Shown here: in pieces, positions 47,845-58,116 of the stretch
Position numbering within the stretch: position 1 is the stretch's first letter
Layout of the letters: the number at the start of each line of letters is the position of its first letter
From: an uncultured Bacteroidales bacterium
GTDB lineage: Bacteria; Bacteroidota; Bacteroidia; Bacteroidales; UBA4417
Direction: 5' to 3'
Assembly (NCBI GenBank): GCA_963714825.1
Contig: CAVQQF010000003.1
Span: 608,690 to 672,689, forward strand
DNA: 64,000 nucleotides
Translations under genes and position numbers: made by a program
The notes under the pieces: model-generated
Databases searched by the model: none
What the model saw: only the letters and a program-made list of their open reading frames with translations
What the model was told of the DNA's origin: nothing

Positions 47845-50676
47845 ATGAAGAAAGCATTGAAAATTTCAGCCATCATAATTGGCCTTCTCCTTATAGTTGT
47901 AATAGCGTTGCCTTTTGTTTTCAAAGGGAAAATACATAAAGCCGTTCAGGACGAAATTAACAAAAACCTGAATGCCGTGGTAACCTTCGATGGGGTAGGA
48001 GTGACGCTGTTAAAGCATTTCCCCGATCTTACCGTAAAACTGAAAAACCTGAATGTAAAAGGCGCCGGTGATTTTGAAACGGATACCCTTGCTTCGATAC
48101 CTGCATTGTCGCTTACGCTCGACCTGGGAAGTGTTTTCAGCGGCAGCGAATATAAAGTGAAGCAAATCGGCTTAACATCGCCGCGCTTGCTTTTTAAAGT
48201 GCTTGCCAATGGCAAAGCCAACTGGGATATTATGAAAGAAACCGAAGCCGTCGACACCACCACTGTGGCACCATCGGCTTTTAAGGTTTTCCTCGATGAA
48301 ATCAACATCAGTGATGCCCGTATTGTATACGACGATGCCGAAATACCAACCATGCTGGCTTTCGACGGATTAACCGGTACGCTGAGCGGCGATATGACTG
48401 CCGATATTACTCAGCTCGATGTTAAAGCAGTGATTAAAGATATTACTGCCGATTACGATGGTGTGCGTTACCTGAGTAAATCAAATGGCGAAATAACAAC
48501 GCTGCTTAATGCTGACCTATCAACCTGGACATTTACTTTCAAGGATGGCAATCTTCGCCTGAATGAACTCAATATTACTGCCGACGGGTTTTTTGCCATG
48601 CCTGACGAAGGGTATAACATGGATATTAAGTTTGCAGCCAAAGAAAATACATTTAAAGCCTTTCTGTCGCTTATCCCGGCTATATATTCAAAAGATTTTG
48701 CCGATCTGAAAACCTCCGGTACCATGGCTTTTGATGGTTTTGTGAAAGGCCTCTACAGCGATAATTCGATGCCCGCTTTTGCGATTAACCTTAAGGTAGC
48801 TGATGGTATGTTCAGCTATCCCGGTCTGCCCGGGAATGTGTCGGACGTTCAGTTGCAGATGGCTGTTGCCAATGCCGATGGAGTAATGGATCATACCACG
48901 GTTGATATACCACGTTTGCACCTGAGTATGATGCAGAACCCGGTTGATATTACCCTGGCGCTTCGCACCCCGGTATCCGACCCTGATGTAAATGCTACAA
49001 TAAAAGGAATGCTTAACCTCGATAATGTTTCGAAAATATACCCGCTGGGCGATAAAACCAAATTGTCGGGTACAGTAAATGCCGATATGGCTTTCAAAGG
49101 CAAACTATCGGCCATCGAAAAAGGTGCTTACGATCAGTTCGACGCTTCGGGTTTTGCCACTTTCGATAATATTATTTATTCAGGTGAGGAAGTGCCACAA
49201 CCAGTCAATATCAGCAAGGCACGCTTCGATTTCACTCCTGCCTATGCACAGCTAACAGGTTTAGCTCTAACTATCGGTAAAAACGATCTTACAGCCAATG
49301 GCAAGGTGGAGAATTACCTTCCGTATATCATGAAAAAGAACGGCGTACTTAAAGGTTCGCTAAGCACTACCTCCAACTTTATGGACATAAACAGCCTGAT
49401 GTCAGGAACGGCATCAACCGCTTCCACGGCTGATACATCATCTCTCACAGTTATTGAAATGCCGGGCGATATGGATCTTTCGCTCAGTACAACTTTCGCC
49501 CGTTTGATTTACGATACTTACGATATGACGGATGTCAGTGGCCTTGTGCGTGTTAAGGATCATACCTTGCAACTTGATGGTTTAAAGGTTCATATGCTGG
49601 GTGGTTCCATTGCATTGAAAGGCACTTACTCAACGTACGATCCTTCTAAACCCTTGGTTGATATGGCCCTGGAGATTAAAAATATTGACGTGAAAAAGTC
49701 GTACGATGCTTTTGTTTCAATGCAGAAATTTGCCCCGATAGCAAGCAAGCTAAATGGGAATATCAGCACCAGCATGAAATTTAAAGGCGAACTTAAGCAG
49801 GATATGATGCCCGAAATTTCGTCGGTTTCCGCTTATGGCCTGTTGCTTTCCGATGTTTTGGGATTAACCAATCTGAATACATTTGGTAAAATTGCCGATA
49901 TCCTCAAAATAGAGAAACTCCGGAATCCTTCACTCGAAAAGATCAATCTTTCGTTCGATATTATTGATGGTAAGGCTACGGTGAAGCCCATGGATTTTAA
50001 ACTCGGAACCTACAAAGCGAATTTTTCGGGATCCACCGGCCTCGACCAGGTACTTAATTTTGTGCTTACGCTTGATGTGCCACGAGCCGATTTTGGCAGT
50101 AAAGCCAATAATGTTCTCGATGGACTGGTGAAGAATGCATCACAGAAAGGTGTTAATGTTAACCTGGGCGATATCATTCCTATCACTATTTTAATTGGCG
50201 GAACAGCAAGCGATCCTAAAATTACAACCGGTATTAAATCAGCTATGGCCGACCTGGCTGCTGATATGAAAAAACAGGCCCTCGAAGTGGTTGAAAAGAA
50301 AAAGGAAGAACTTGTAACGAAAGTAAAAGAAGAAGCCACCAACCTGATAGCCCAGGCCGATGCCGAAGCTGCAAAAATAATTGCTGAAGCCGAAAAACAG
50401 GCACAGAAAATAATGCAAGCGGCTAATAAAGCAGCCGATGATGTTCGTTTTGCTGCCGATTCGTCAGCAAATCGCTTAATAGCGGAAGGTAAAAAGAATG
50501 GTTATATTGCTGAAATTGCTGCTAAAAAAACTGCCGAAAAAGTTAAAAAAGAAGGCAATGATAAAGCCAGTAAGCTGGTTAGCGAAGCTCAGAAACAGTC
50601 GGATGCCATAATTGCCCGTGCCCGTGCCGAAGCCGATAAAGTGAAGAAGGATGCTACGGATAGGGTGAATAAATAG
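47845..50676 (+). CDS. AsmA-family outer-membrane assembly protein with a C-terminal Ala/Lys-rich coiled-coil tail
   Basis: Start MKKALKISAIIIGLLLIVVIALPF (a transmembrane anchor) and a long beta-rich periplasmic body. The last 150 aa or so are low-complexity (AEAEKQAQKIMQAANKAADD...KKEGNDKASKLVSEAQKQ). The track ORF starts at 47728, overlapping aroC. Confidence 0.65.
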   Translation: MKKALKISAIIIGLLLIVVIALPFVFKGKIHKAVQDEINKNLNAVVTFDGVGVTLLKHFPDLTVKLKNLNVKGAGDFETDTLASIPALSLTLDLGSVFSGSEYKVKQIGLTSPRLLFKVLANGKANWDIMKETEAVDTTTVAPSAFKVFLDEINISDARIVYDDAEIPTMLAFDGLTGTLSGDMTADITQLDVKAVIKDITADYDGVRYLSKSNGEITTLLNADLSTWTFTFKDGNLRLNELNITADGFFAMPDEGYNMDIKFAAKENTFKAFLSLIPAIYSKDFADLKTSGTMAFDGFVKGLYSDNSMPAFAINLKVADGMFSYPGLPGNVSDVQLQMAVANADGVMDHTTVDIPRLHLSMMQNPVDITLALRTPVSDPDVNATIKGMLNLDNVSKIYPLGDKTKLSGTVNADMAFKGKLSAIEKGAYDQFDASGFATFDNIIYSGEEVPQPVNISKARFDFTPAYAQLTGLALTIGKNDLTANGKVENYLPYIMKKNGVLKGSLSTTSNFMDINSLMSGTASTASTADTSSLTVIEMPGDMDLSLSTTFARLIYDTYDMTDVSGLVRVKDHTLQLDGLKVHMLGGSIALKGTYSTYDPSKPLVDMALEIKNIDVKKSYDAFVSMQKFAPIASKLNGNISTSMKFKGELKQDMMPEISSVSAYGLLLSDVLGLTNLNTFGKIADILKIEKLRNPSLEKINLSFDIIDGKATVKPMDFKLGTYKANFSGSTGLDQVLNFVLTLDVPRADFGSKANNVLDGLVKNASQKGVNVNLGDIIPITILIGGTASDPKITTGIKSAMADLAADMKKQALEVVEKKKEELVTKVKEEATNLIAQADAEAAKIIAEAEKQAQKIMQAANKAADDVRFAADSSANRLIAEGKKNGYIAEIAAKKTAEKVKKEGNDKASKLVSEAQKQSDAIIARARAEADKVKKDATDRVNK

Positions 50677-50861
50677 TTAATTCCAAAGGGAATAATAATT
50701 TGTCAGATGTATAATTTTGAACTTTTCGTATTGCAGTTTCTAACAAAACAGATACTTTAGGGAAAAGTAAAAAATAATCAGCGAACATCCCTGCCTGCCT
50801 ACCAACTTCGTGTAGGTAAACAGCAGGCAAGCGTCCTTTCCGCGTCATCCGCGTTCTAATC

Positions 50862-51422
50862 TTATTCCCCATAAGTAAAATGCCCGATAATCTTAAAATC
50901 GAATAAGCAATCGGCCAGCACCTGCCCGGCTCCTATATTGTGAACTATCATATACCGTAATCCGTCGGCTGATTTCTTATCCACCACCAGCCCGATATGG
51001 GTAATGCCTCCGCCCAGGTTCCAGCATACAATATCGCCGGGCAAATAGTCGGCAGGATTTCGTGTTATAGGTTTGACTTGTCCGTGCCTTATAAAGAATG
51101 TCATCATGTTGGGAACACGGCGATGATCAATATTTTTATCGGTACGCGATAATCCCCAGTATTTGGGATACTTAGCAAAATTTGCAGCCATATCCTCATG
51201 CACTACTTTCTGAAGATCAATACCCACCTTGCGATAGGCACGGATTATAACATCGGTACATACACCTTTTCCGGCAGGGATATCGCCGTTAGGGTATGTG
51301 ATTTTATAATAGGAAGGATCGTATTTTATCTTTTGTAAAGTAAGCCCGAGTGCAGCTTCTGAAAGGTTTTGCGAAAAAGTGTTTTGCCCCGAGACAGTGC
51401 AGGCGGCAGCAACGAACAGCAA
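50862..51422 (-). CDS. DUF1287-family protein
   Basis: NlpC/P60-like DUF1287 motifs (GVCTDVIIRAYR, DIVCWNLGGGITHIGLV). The start is TTG, so the N-terminus is uncertain. Confidence 0.6.
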   Translation of the reverse strand: MLFVAAACTVSGQNTFSQNLSEAALGLTLQKIKYDPSYYKITYPNGDIPAGKGVCTDVIIRAYRKVGIDLQKVVHEDMAANFAKYPKYWGLSRTDKNIDHRRVPNMMTFFIRHGQVKPITRNPADYLPGDIVCWNLGGGITHIGLVVDKKSADGLRYMIVHNIGAGQVLADCLFDFKIIGHFTYGE

Positions 51423-51565
51423 AAATCAGTAAAGTGCTTTATGCTTGCTGATTGATCAATCGGCATGGGCTTTTTCCAGGTTCCGGGCATGGATGGTTTC
51501 TGAATAGTATCATTTAATCTTTACAGAACTTATTGAAATTTGATGAGCTGGAGTTCAACAAACTC

Positions 51566-53104
51566 TTAATCCTGTTGAATATTATATTTTGATTCGCTGA
51601 AAAGTTTTTCCAGTATATCAGCAATTTCAACCGGGTTAGTGAGTGGTTTCTCGTCCTTATAAATTTCGTAATCAAGTAATTCTGTTTTTTTTGTCACACC
51701 AATTTTTGGCAATTTCATCCGGTTGGTTGTTTCTATATGGATGCCTTCATTGTCGACAAGTATTACTTTAGGCAGGAACACCCCTTTACGTCCAATAAAT
51801 TTATCCATTATTTCCACTGCTTCGGTAAATGTTTTGCGTGTAGCTCTTCCTAGTGCTTCGTAGTTATATAACTCCCGGCCATCCCAGGTATATACAGTGG
51901 CAAAGCTTTCGGATATTTTTTCTTCGAGAAGGGTTCCCCGGTGCAACGTATCATGACCCGAAGGCATTAAAAGCACTTTCCCTCCGCCTCCTTCGACATT
52001 GGCAGCATATTTAGGCAGCGTGGTTCCCGACATCCATCCCTGCAGGTGTTTCATGTATATTTTGCCTACCTGCACCGGGCTAATAAAATGCACAATGCCT
52101 TTTTCCTTATGACATTGCAATAGGTAGTACGGATGAATTCCTATCCAGAACATACGCCTGAAGGTTTCGGCCAGAGTTTTAAAATTATCGTTCACATGGT
52201 TCAGGAAAACTGTCTGGTTTCGGATGGTGAAGCCGTGGCTGCGGATTTTTTTAACGGCCAGGGCAAGGTCCGGGGTTATTTCCTGATAATGGTTGATATG
52301 GGTCATGAAATATACATATTTATCAGGACCCGTATTATACCTGTTGGCAGATGTATTGATGAGTTCAAGTAAATCGTCGGTTACAGCCATTGGCAGAACA
52401 ACCGGAACCCGGGTTGCAATGCGGATGGAGCGAAGATGAGGTATTTTACTCAGTTCTTCCAGAATATACTGTAGCCGGCTACGGCTGATCCTGAGTGCAT
52501 CGCCACCGGTAACAAGTACCTCGTTTATGTTTTTGTTATATGAAATGTAAAATAAACCTTTGTTGATCTCTGTGCGGTTAACATCCACAGAGCCATCCAA
52601 TGATTTTGACCTCTGGCAATGTACGCAATAACTGGCGCAACTGGTATTCTGACCAACAAACAAGGCCACCCGGTTAGGATAGCGCTGGTAGGCCGCACCA
52701 AAGCTTCTCGATACTTCGGCCATTGCTCCTTCGGCACCTGTGTCGGGAAACAGAAGGTTGGCCGGCGTAGGGACACTTTGCCAGAAAATCGGATCAAGCC
52801 GGTTCTCCGCTTTTTCGCCTTTTAACATAAGCGGGTGAAACGGATCGGCCTGCATAAGGGTAGCATAGTAAGGCGTGATGCGGAAAGGCTCCTTCCCCTG
52901 GCTCTTCAGGGTGCTGATGGTACGTTCTATTTCACTTGCCTGGTAATCGTTTAATTCAATGACTTTACTCAGCTGTTCAACTGTAGTAATTGAGTTTTTA
53001 ACCTGCCAGAAGGCATCGTTCCATTGTTCGTCAGTAACATCTTTCCAAAGCTCTATTGTATTATATTTTCGAGGCTCGTAGAAGATGTCATTCTTATTAT
53101 TCAT
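51566..53104 (-). CDS. KamA-family radical SAM protein (lysine 2,3-aminomutase-like), long form
   Basis: CASYCVHC (CxxxCxxC), an N-terminal KamA-like region (TDEQWNDAFWQV...ITPYYATLM); 512 aa. Confidence 0.75.
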   Translation of the reverse strand: MNNKNDIFYEPRKYNTIELWKDVTDEQWNDAFWQVKNSITTVEQLSKVIELNDYQASEIERTISTLKSQGKEPFRITPYYATLMQADPFHPLMLKGEKAENRLDPIFWQSVPTPANLLFPDTGAEGAMAEVSRSFGAAYQRYPNRVALFVGQNTSCASYCVHCQRSKSLDGSVDVNRTEINKGLFYISYNKNINEVLVTGGDALRISRSRLQYILEELSKIPHLRSIRIATRVPVVLPMAVTDDLLELINTSANRYNTGPDKYVYFMTHINHYQEITPDLALAVKKIRSHGFTIRNQTVFLNHVNDNFKTLAETFRRMFWIGIHPYYLLQCHKEKGIVHFISPVQVGKIYMKHLQGWMSGTTLPKYAANVEGGGGKVLLMPSGHDTLHRGTLLEEKISESFATVYTWDGRELYNYEALGRATRKTFTEAVEIMDKFIGRKGVFLPKVILVDNEGIHIETTNRMKLPKIGVTKKTELLDYEIYKDEKPLTNPVEIADILEKLFSESKYNIQQD

Positions 53105-53365
53105 TCAGTTTCCTGCTTTCCTTTTAGTATAATTGTTTTTAAATTTCAGTTGCAAACCCGGTTTTGGAATATTGAATAAAGCACATTTTTTGTCGTATAG
53201 TAACCTCTTAACCTGAAAGGGCTGACAAGTCTGGAAATAAAACCTACAGGATGATCTGCTTAAAATCATCCTGCAGGAGCTATTTAGCAAAGATACAACA
53301 AAACAAGGAAACATTTAATTGCCTGGTATTAGGGGTGTAAATCTTATTTCTCTTTTTGCCGCAGC

Positions 53366-54013
53366 TTATTTCTTCAAAGTTTTATATTCTTCATTGGTGA
53401 TTATTTTTATTTTGGCAAAGTCTTCGAGTTTGGCCAAAGGGCCCAGTTGTGCGGAGACAAGGCATTTTAATCCGGCCTTCAGCTCTTCGGGTTTCATGTT
53501 CATACCTACTGATACCACACCAGGAATTAACGTACCCGATTTATCCATGGCGGTATAATAAACAAAGAGCGTCTTTACAAAATTACCATATTCATTTTTA
53601 ATATCCTGTTTAATGGTTACATCAAAGTTCATTGTAATATTCGCTTTATAAACCTTCTCTTTATCAATTGTAACCTGGTTTATGGTATAAGGCATATCTG
53701 GCAAAGCTTCAAAAGGGAGTGGCTTGGTAATAGGATCAGAAATATTGCTCTCCTTTATTTTAGCATCCCATTCTTCCTTCAATAGATCGAGCTCCTTGTC
53801 CAATTTAAAAGCATCTTCAATAGAAGTGTTATCGTGAATTGCTTTTTTCTTTGCTTCAATTTGCTGCTCATAATTATTAGCAATCGAAGGCAAATAGTTC
53901 AGGTAATCATTACTGGATGAGGAAAAGCCTCCTCCTGATCCACCGCAACTATAAATTAGAGCAGCTGCACAGGCAGTAATCAGTGAATTGAATAATTTTG
54001 TTTTCATAATCAT
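53366..54013 (-). CDS. Hypothetical lipoprotein
   Basis: Signal peptide plus lipobox (LITACAAALIYSCGGSGGG). Confidence 0.5.
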   Translation of the reverse strand: MIMKTKLFNSLITACAAALIYSCGGSGGGFSSSSNDYLNYLPSIANNYEQQIEAKKKAIHDNTSIEDAFKLDKELDLLKEEWDAKIKESNISDPITKPLPFEALPDMPYTINQVTIDKEKVYKANITMNFDVTIKQDIKNEYGNFVKTLFVYYTAMDKSGTLIPGVVSVGMNMKPEELKAGLKCLVSAQLGPLAKLEDFAKIKIITNEEYKTLKK

Positions 54014-54291
54014 TTTGTTTAGGGTTAGTAGTTCGTTTTAATTTAAAGGCTGATCCGTATCAGTTGCATATGACTTTTGATCAGAACCTGGCATAACTGA
54101 AATGTTGAATGTTGCAAAATGCAGTGTCAATGTGCGACAAAGTAAATGGTAAAAGAAGGGGCGCACAATTTTTAAGTGTCGCAGTTTATGAAACAGGACA
54201 AGTTTATATATAAGTATAATGAATTTGTTGGATAGGATTATTAAGGCCTGTGTTTAGCCAAGAGTAATGTGTTTAAATGAAATAGACGGGA

Positions 54292-56217
54292 TTAAAAATT
54301 TTCGGAATTTTCGATTTCTGTTTCCGCTTCTGAAGGAATAAGAGCAAGGTTGTAATTTTCGATATAAAGTGTGGGAGTGATCCCTGTAACCGATTTAAAT
54401 GCAAGGTAAAACCCCGAACGCGACCTGAAGCCAACTTCTGAAGCAATACCATCCATGCTATAATGGCTGTATCCGTTGGTTACCATCATCTTACGTGCTT
54501 TATCAATCCTGTATTTATTTATCAGTGTTTTCAGGTTACAATTGAAGTGATTGTTTACGATAGCCGATAAATAGGATGTGTTCGTGCCCAGGTCTTCGGC
54601 CAGCATTTTAAGGGATAATTCGGGGTTGGTGAAAATTTCATCTTTTTGAAGACGTTTCCTGAGTTTCTTCAGTATAATAGCTTCATCTTTAATATTTTCG
54701 GTTTTTGATTTCCGTGTAGGCCGGGTATCGCAGTCATGGAGTTTGTTGCTTAAATGGTCAAGTTCAATGTTTTTCTTAACAAGGCCAACATAGGATTCCT
54801 TGAGTTTTTTTAATTGACGGCGACGGAAGGTCGAAAACAGTATGGTCAGCACCAAAATAACCGAGATGGCCGAAAAAAGAATGATAAAAAGTTTGCTTTT
54901 CTCTTTCTCGCTCTTATTCCTTGAAATTAAATCAGTAATACGTGCTTTATGTATGTAGTAGTCGGATTCGACACGGAGTTTTGCCAGCTCGTCACCGTTG
55001 GTTTTTGCAACAAAATGCTTGTAGCTGATATACGCGGTATCGAGGTATAAAACCGCTTTCTCGAAATCGTTCAGCTTATTGCTGACCTCCGCTAGTTGTT
55101 CGTACAATTTTGTGGTGTGCGAAGCCATTCCCGACAGTTTATTGAATTTTACTGCCTCGAGCAGGTAGTACCTTGCCGAATCGAACTTTTCCATTTTCTG
55201 GTAGCAGCCAGCCATTACCTCGCACGATTCAGCCATCCATTTATATCCTTTGATTTTGCCGGCAATTTTCATTGATCTTTTTGCTGTTGCGAAAGCCAGT
55301 TTTGTGTTTTCGAGCGAAAGATACGCTGAACTTAGGCCTGTCAGGCAATAGAGGTGGTCGCGCATCGAATAATCGGCGGAGTATCGCTCACCCCTCGTAA
55401 AATATACTATTGCTTTTTCGGGGAAACCCGCATTGCTGTATGCATAGCCCGTGCTTACCAGGTTGTTGCCTATAACCCTTTTTTTGCCCGATTTATTGGC
55501 AAGCCTGTTGGCAAAATGAAAGTACTCGAAGTATGATGTGTCAACCTCGAGGTATCCTGCCATACGGCCAATCTGTATCAAATTGTAAGAAGCATTGGCA
55601 TAATCGCCTTTTTTGTAGGTATAATTGAACAACTGCTGGCATATCCCGAGCGATTTCTGGTATTCGCCCAGGTTTTCGAAGTTTTCGGCTATGTAATACC
55701 TGCAATGTACCTGTTCAGCTGTGTCGTGTTTTATTGATGGCAATTCGAGAATTCCGAAAAGAGCATCGTTCGATTTTTCGAATAAACTCATTTCGCGGTA
55801 TGCATATCCCAGTTCGAATTGTAAACGCACAAAGGATTCAGGGTCAGATTTTTTATCCACCAGGCTTAGCGCCCGGTTAAAAGTCCCGATTGCTTCATCC
55901 GTTAAATCGAGGCACGACTGTAGAATCCCGATTTCATATAACCAGGCGGTTTTTTGCTCCTTGTTCATGCCGGATAAAGTACCCGAATACTTATCAAGAA
56001 GCTCCTTGTAATATACAGTTAAGGAATCGTGATTATACTGCCTGCTTTTTGCTACAAGCCTGAGTTTCTCAGGGTGTTGTTTCAGGGTTTCGACCGAGGA
56101 ATAAAAATCTTGCCGGCGCTGCGCAATCCGATCCTGACTATTGGCTGCAATGTTTAAGCAAAACAAAAAAAGCAATAATAGTCCAGGATATTTATATGCC
56201 GATCCGTAAGTTTTCAA
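54292..56217 (-). CDS. Membrane-anchored TPR-repeat sensor fused to an AraC-type HTH DNA-binding domain
   Basis: Signal peptide, TPR-like repeats, a single transmembrane helix (LFIILFSAISVILVLTILFSTF), and a C-terminal AraC HTH (YLSAIVNNHFNCNLKTLINKYRIDKARKMM...SEVGFRSRSGFYLAFKSVTGITP). Confidence 0.75.
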   Translation of the reverse strand: MKTYGSAYKYPGLLLLFLFCLNIAANSQDRIAQRRQDFYSSVETLKQHPEKLRLVAKSRQYNHDSLTVYYKELLDKYSGTLSGMNKEQKTAWLYEIGILQSCLDLTDEAIGTFNRALSLVDKKSDPESFVRLQFELGYAYREMSLFEKSNDALFGILELPSIKHDTAEQVHCRYYIAENFENLGEYQKSLGICQQLFNYTYKKGDYANASYNLIQIGRMAGYLEVDTSYFEYFHFANRLANKSGKKRVIGNNLVSTGYAYSNAGFPEKAIVYFTRGERYSADYSMRDHLYCLTGLSSAYLSLENTKLAFATAKRSMKIAGKIKGYKWMAESCEVMAGCYQKMEKFDSARYYLLEAVKFNKLSGMASHTTKLYEQLAEVSNKLNDFEKAVLYLDTAYISYKHFVAKTNGDELAKLRVESDYYIHKARITDLISRNKSEKEKSKLFIILFSAISVILVLTILFSTFRRRQLKKLKESYVGLVKKNIELDHLSNKLHDCDTRPTRKSKTENIKDEAIILKKLRKRLQKDEIFTNPELSLKMLAEDLGTNTSYLSAIVNNHFNCNLKTLINKYRIDKARKMMVTNGYSHYSMDGIASEVGFRSRSGFYLAFKSVTGITPTLYIENYNLALIPSEAETEIENSENF

Positions 56218-56476
56218 TTCGGTTGTCCTTAGTGAATGAGCAGTCCTTTAGTCGGATAAAGTTAGGGAATTATTATATTCAGAAAAACTAAATAGCTAAA
56301 ATATGTTGAATTTTCTTATAAAAATGATCATAAGGGACATAAAATATGTACTCGGAATTAAGCAGATGTGATGGTTGTAAATCACAGAATATTAGTGTAT
56401 TGTATATTGCAAACCACTACTGAAAAATATAATATCAATGATCTTGATTTTCAGGAGAAATTGGCAGACTTTAAAA

Positions 56477-58027
56477 TTATAATGACGCCATCAGGTTAAG
56501 TATATGCTCTATTTTTGTTCGCATTTCAACCGTACTGCAGTTAAAATTGTTCACAATAACCGCAAATATAAGCTGATGACCGCTGCGTGTTTTGGCGTAA
56601 CCGGCATAACTTTTTACCCGCGACATGGTTCCGCTTTTCCCATGAATATTACCTGTAGCATCGGAATTGAGGCACATTTTACCGAGGGTCCCCGATTCGC
56701 CGGCTACCGAAAGTGAGGAACGGAAAACGGCTGAATCGCGTGAGTGCTGCATATATTTCAATAAATGCAGCAGCTGGTTTGCTGTTATTGAATTATAACG
56801 CGAAATACCGCTTCCATCGAACATATAAAACCCTGATAAATCGATGCCTTTACTTTTCAGGAATGAGTATACCGCTTTAACGCCTGCTTCGGTGCTGCCA
56901 TAGCCCTGTTTTTTAACTCCCATTTGTTTGAGCAGCGTTTCGGCCAGGAAATTATTGCTGTGATGATTTACGCTATATACCATCGAAGCTACTGAAGGAG
57001 AACCGACAGAGGCAATTTCGTGCCGCGGTTGCGAACTTTTAAGGGCGCGCAGCGAATCCATACCCGAGGTCGAAACGGCCCTGCCCGAAACCCGTATTCC
57101 TTTTGCAATAAGTTTTTTCCTCAGAAGCGTGGCTGCTGCCAGTGCCGGATCGTGAATAACGCCAACCACTTCGGCTTTGCGGGTGCCTTCCCTTACGGTT
57201 CCGCGTATACGCTTTTCAGGGCTGTCGGGGAAACCAACCAGGTACAATTCGTCATCGGCATCGTAAATAGCAACCTGGTTAAGAAAGGTGCTGCTGGGAT
57301 GAGTTTGTGCCAGATCGCCGGCTTCGGGAATAATAAAATCTTTCTTATCAGGATCGAATTTTAACCGGAATAGATTTCCATTGATGGATAAGCCCGATGG
57401 TGCGGCGCTGTAACCCATATTGATTTCGCCCCAGGTCCAGGTATAAGGGATAAAATCCTCGGAGAAGATGCGTGCATCACCAATAATATTGCCGGTAACC
57501 GAATCGATATTAAGTTTGGCAATGCTGTTTTCCCATGAGGAGAAAACCCGGTTCATAGTTTCTTTGCCCATACAAAAAGTGGGATCGCCACCGCCTTTAA
57601 TAATCAGGTTGCCTTTTAAAATCCGGTTTTCGATAACTCCATCGTACAGGAGCCGGGTACGGTAATTTGCCCTGGGACCCAGTATTTCGAGTGCTGCTGC
57701 AGTTGTAAAAAGTTTAATGGTGGAGGCTGGTACCAGGCTGAGGTCGGGATTCCGCTCAGCAATTATACTATCGGCAGTAACATCGTAAATTATATAGGCA
57801 AATGAAGCATTACGGAGGACTGAGTCCTGATCGAATGCTTCGATAGCCAGTAAAAGGGAGTCGGAGGCATTATAGATTTTGACCGGCTTAACAATTTTGC
57901 TGTTGGCCTTTATTATACTGCCAGATTTACCTTTGTTTTCGCGACAAGCCATCAGAAAAATAGCCAGTAATAAGATACTTAATATCTTAAAAGAAAATTG
58001 ACGGATATATATAGCATTGATTGCCAT
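56477..58027 (-). CDS. dacB: D-alanyl-D-alanine carboxypeptidase/endopeptidase (PBP4, peptidase S13)
   Basis: STIKLFTTAAALEILGP (SxxK), SGN and KTG-like motifs; 516 aa with a signal peptide. Confidence 0.8.
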   Translation of the reverse strand: MAINAIYIRQFSFKILSILLLAIFLMACRENKGKSGSIIKANSKIVKPVKIYNASDSLLLAIEAFDQDSVLRNASFAYIIYDVTADSIIAERNPDLSLVPASTIKLFTTAAALEILGPRANYRTRLLYDGVIENRILKGNLIIKGGGDPTFCMGKETMNRVFSSWENSIAKLNIDSVTGNIIGDARIFSEDFIPYTWTWGEINMGYSAAPSGLSINGNLFRLKFDPDKKDFIIPEAGDLAQTHPSSTFLNQVAIYDADDELYLVGFPDSPEKRIRGTVREGTRKAEVVGVIHDPALAAATLLRKKLIAKGIRVSGRAVSTSGMDSLRALKSSQPRHEIASVGSPSVASMVYSVNHHSNNFLAETLLKQMGVKKQGYGSTEAGVKAVYSFLKSKGIDLSGFYMFDGSGISRYNSITANQLLHLLKYMQHSRDSAVFRSSLSVAGESGTLGKMCLNSDATGNIHGKSGTMSRVKSYAGYAKTRSGHQLIFAVIVNNFNCSTVEMRTKIEHILNLMASL

Positions 58028-58116
58028 CGTTATACAAATATACGAATTTCAAGCGTGGAATGAAATGATCCTGTTAAGCGCAATTTTTTCACTTACCATA
58101 AGCCGTATGCCGACCT

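Noticed and set aside
50654-50872. A 72-aa minus-strand ORF in the AsmA–DUF1287 intergenic region
   Set aside because: It overlaps the 3' end of the AsmA gene, has an Arg-rich unstructured composition and no start context. It is probably spurious. The nearby imperfect inverted repeat (cctgcctgcctacc…gtaggtaaacagcaggcaag) is too degenerate to call.
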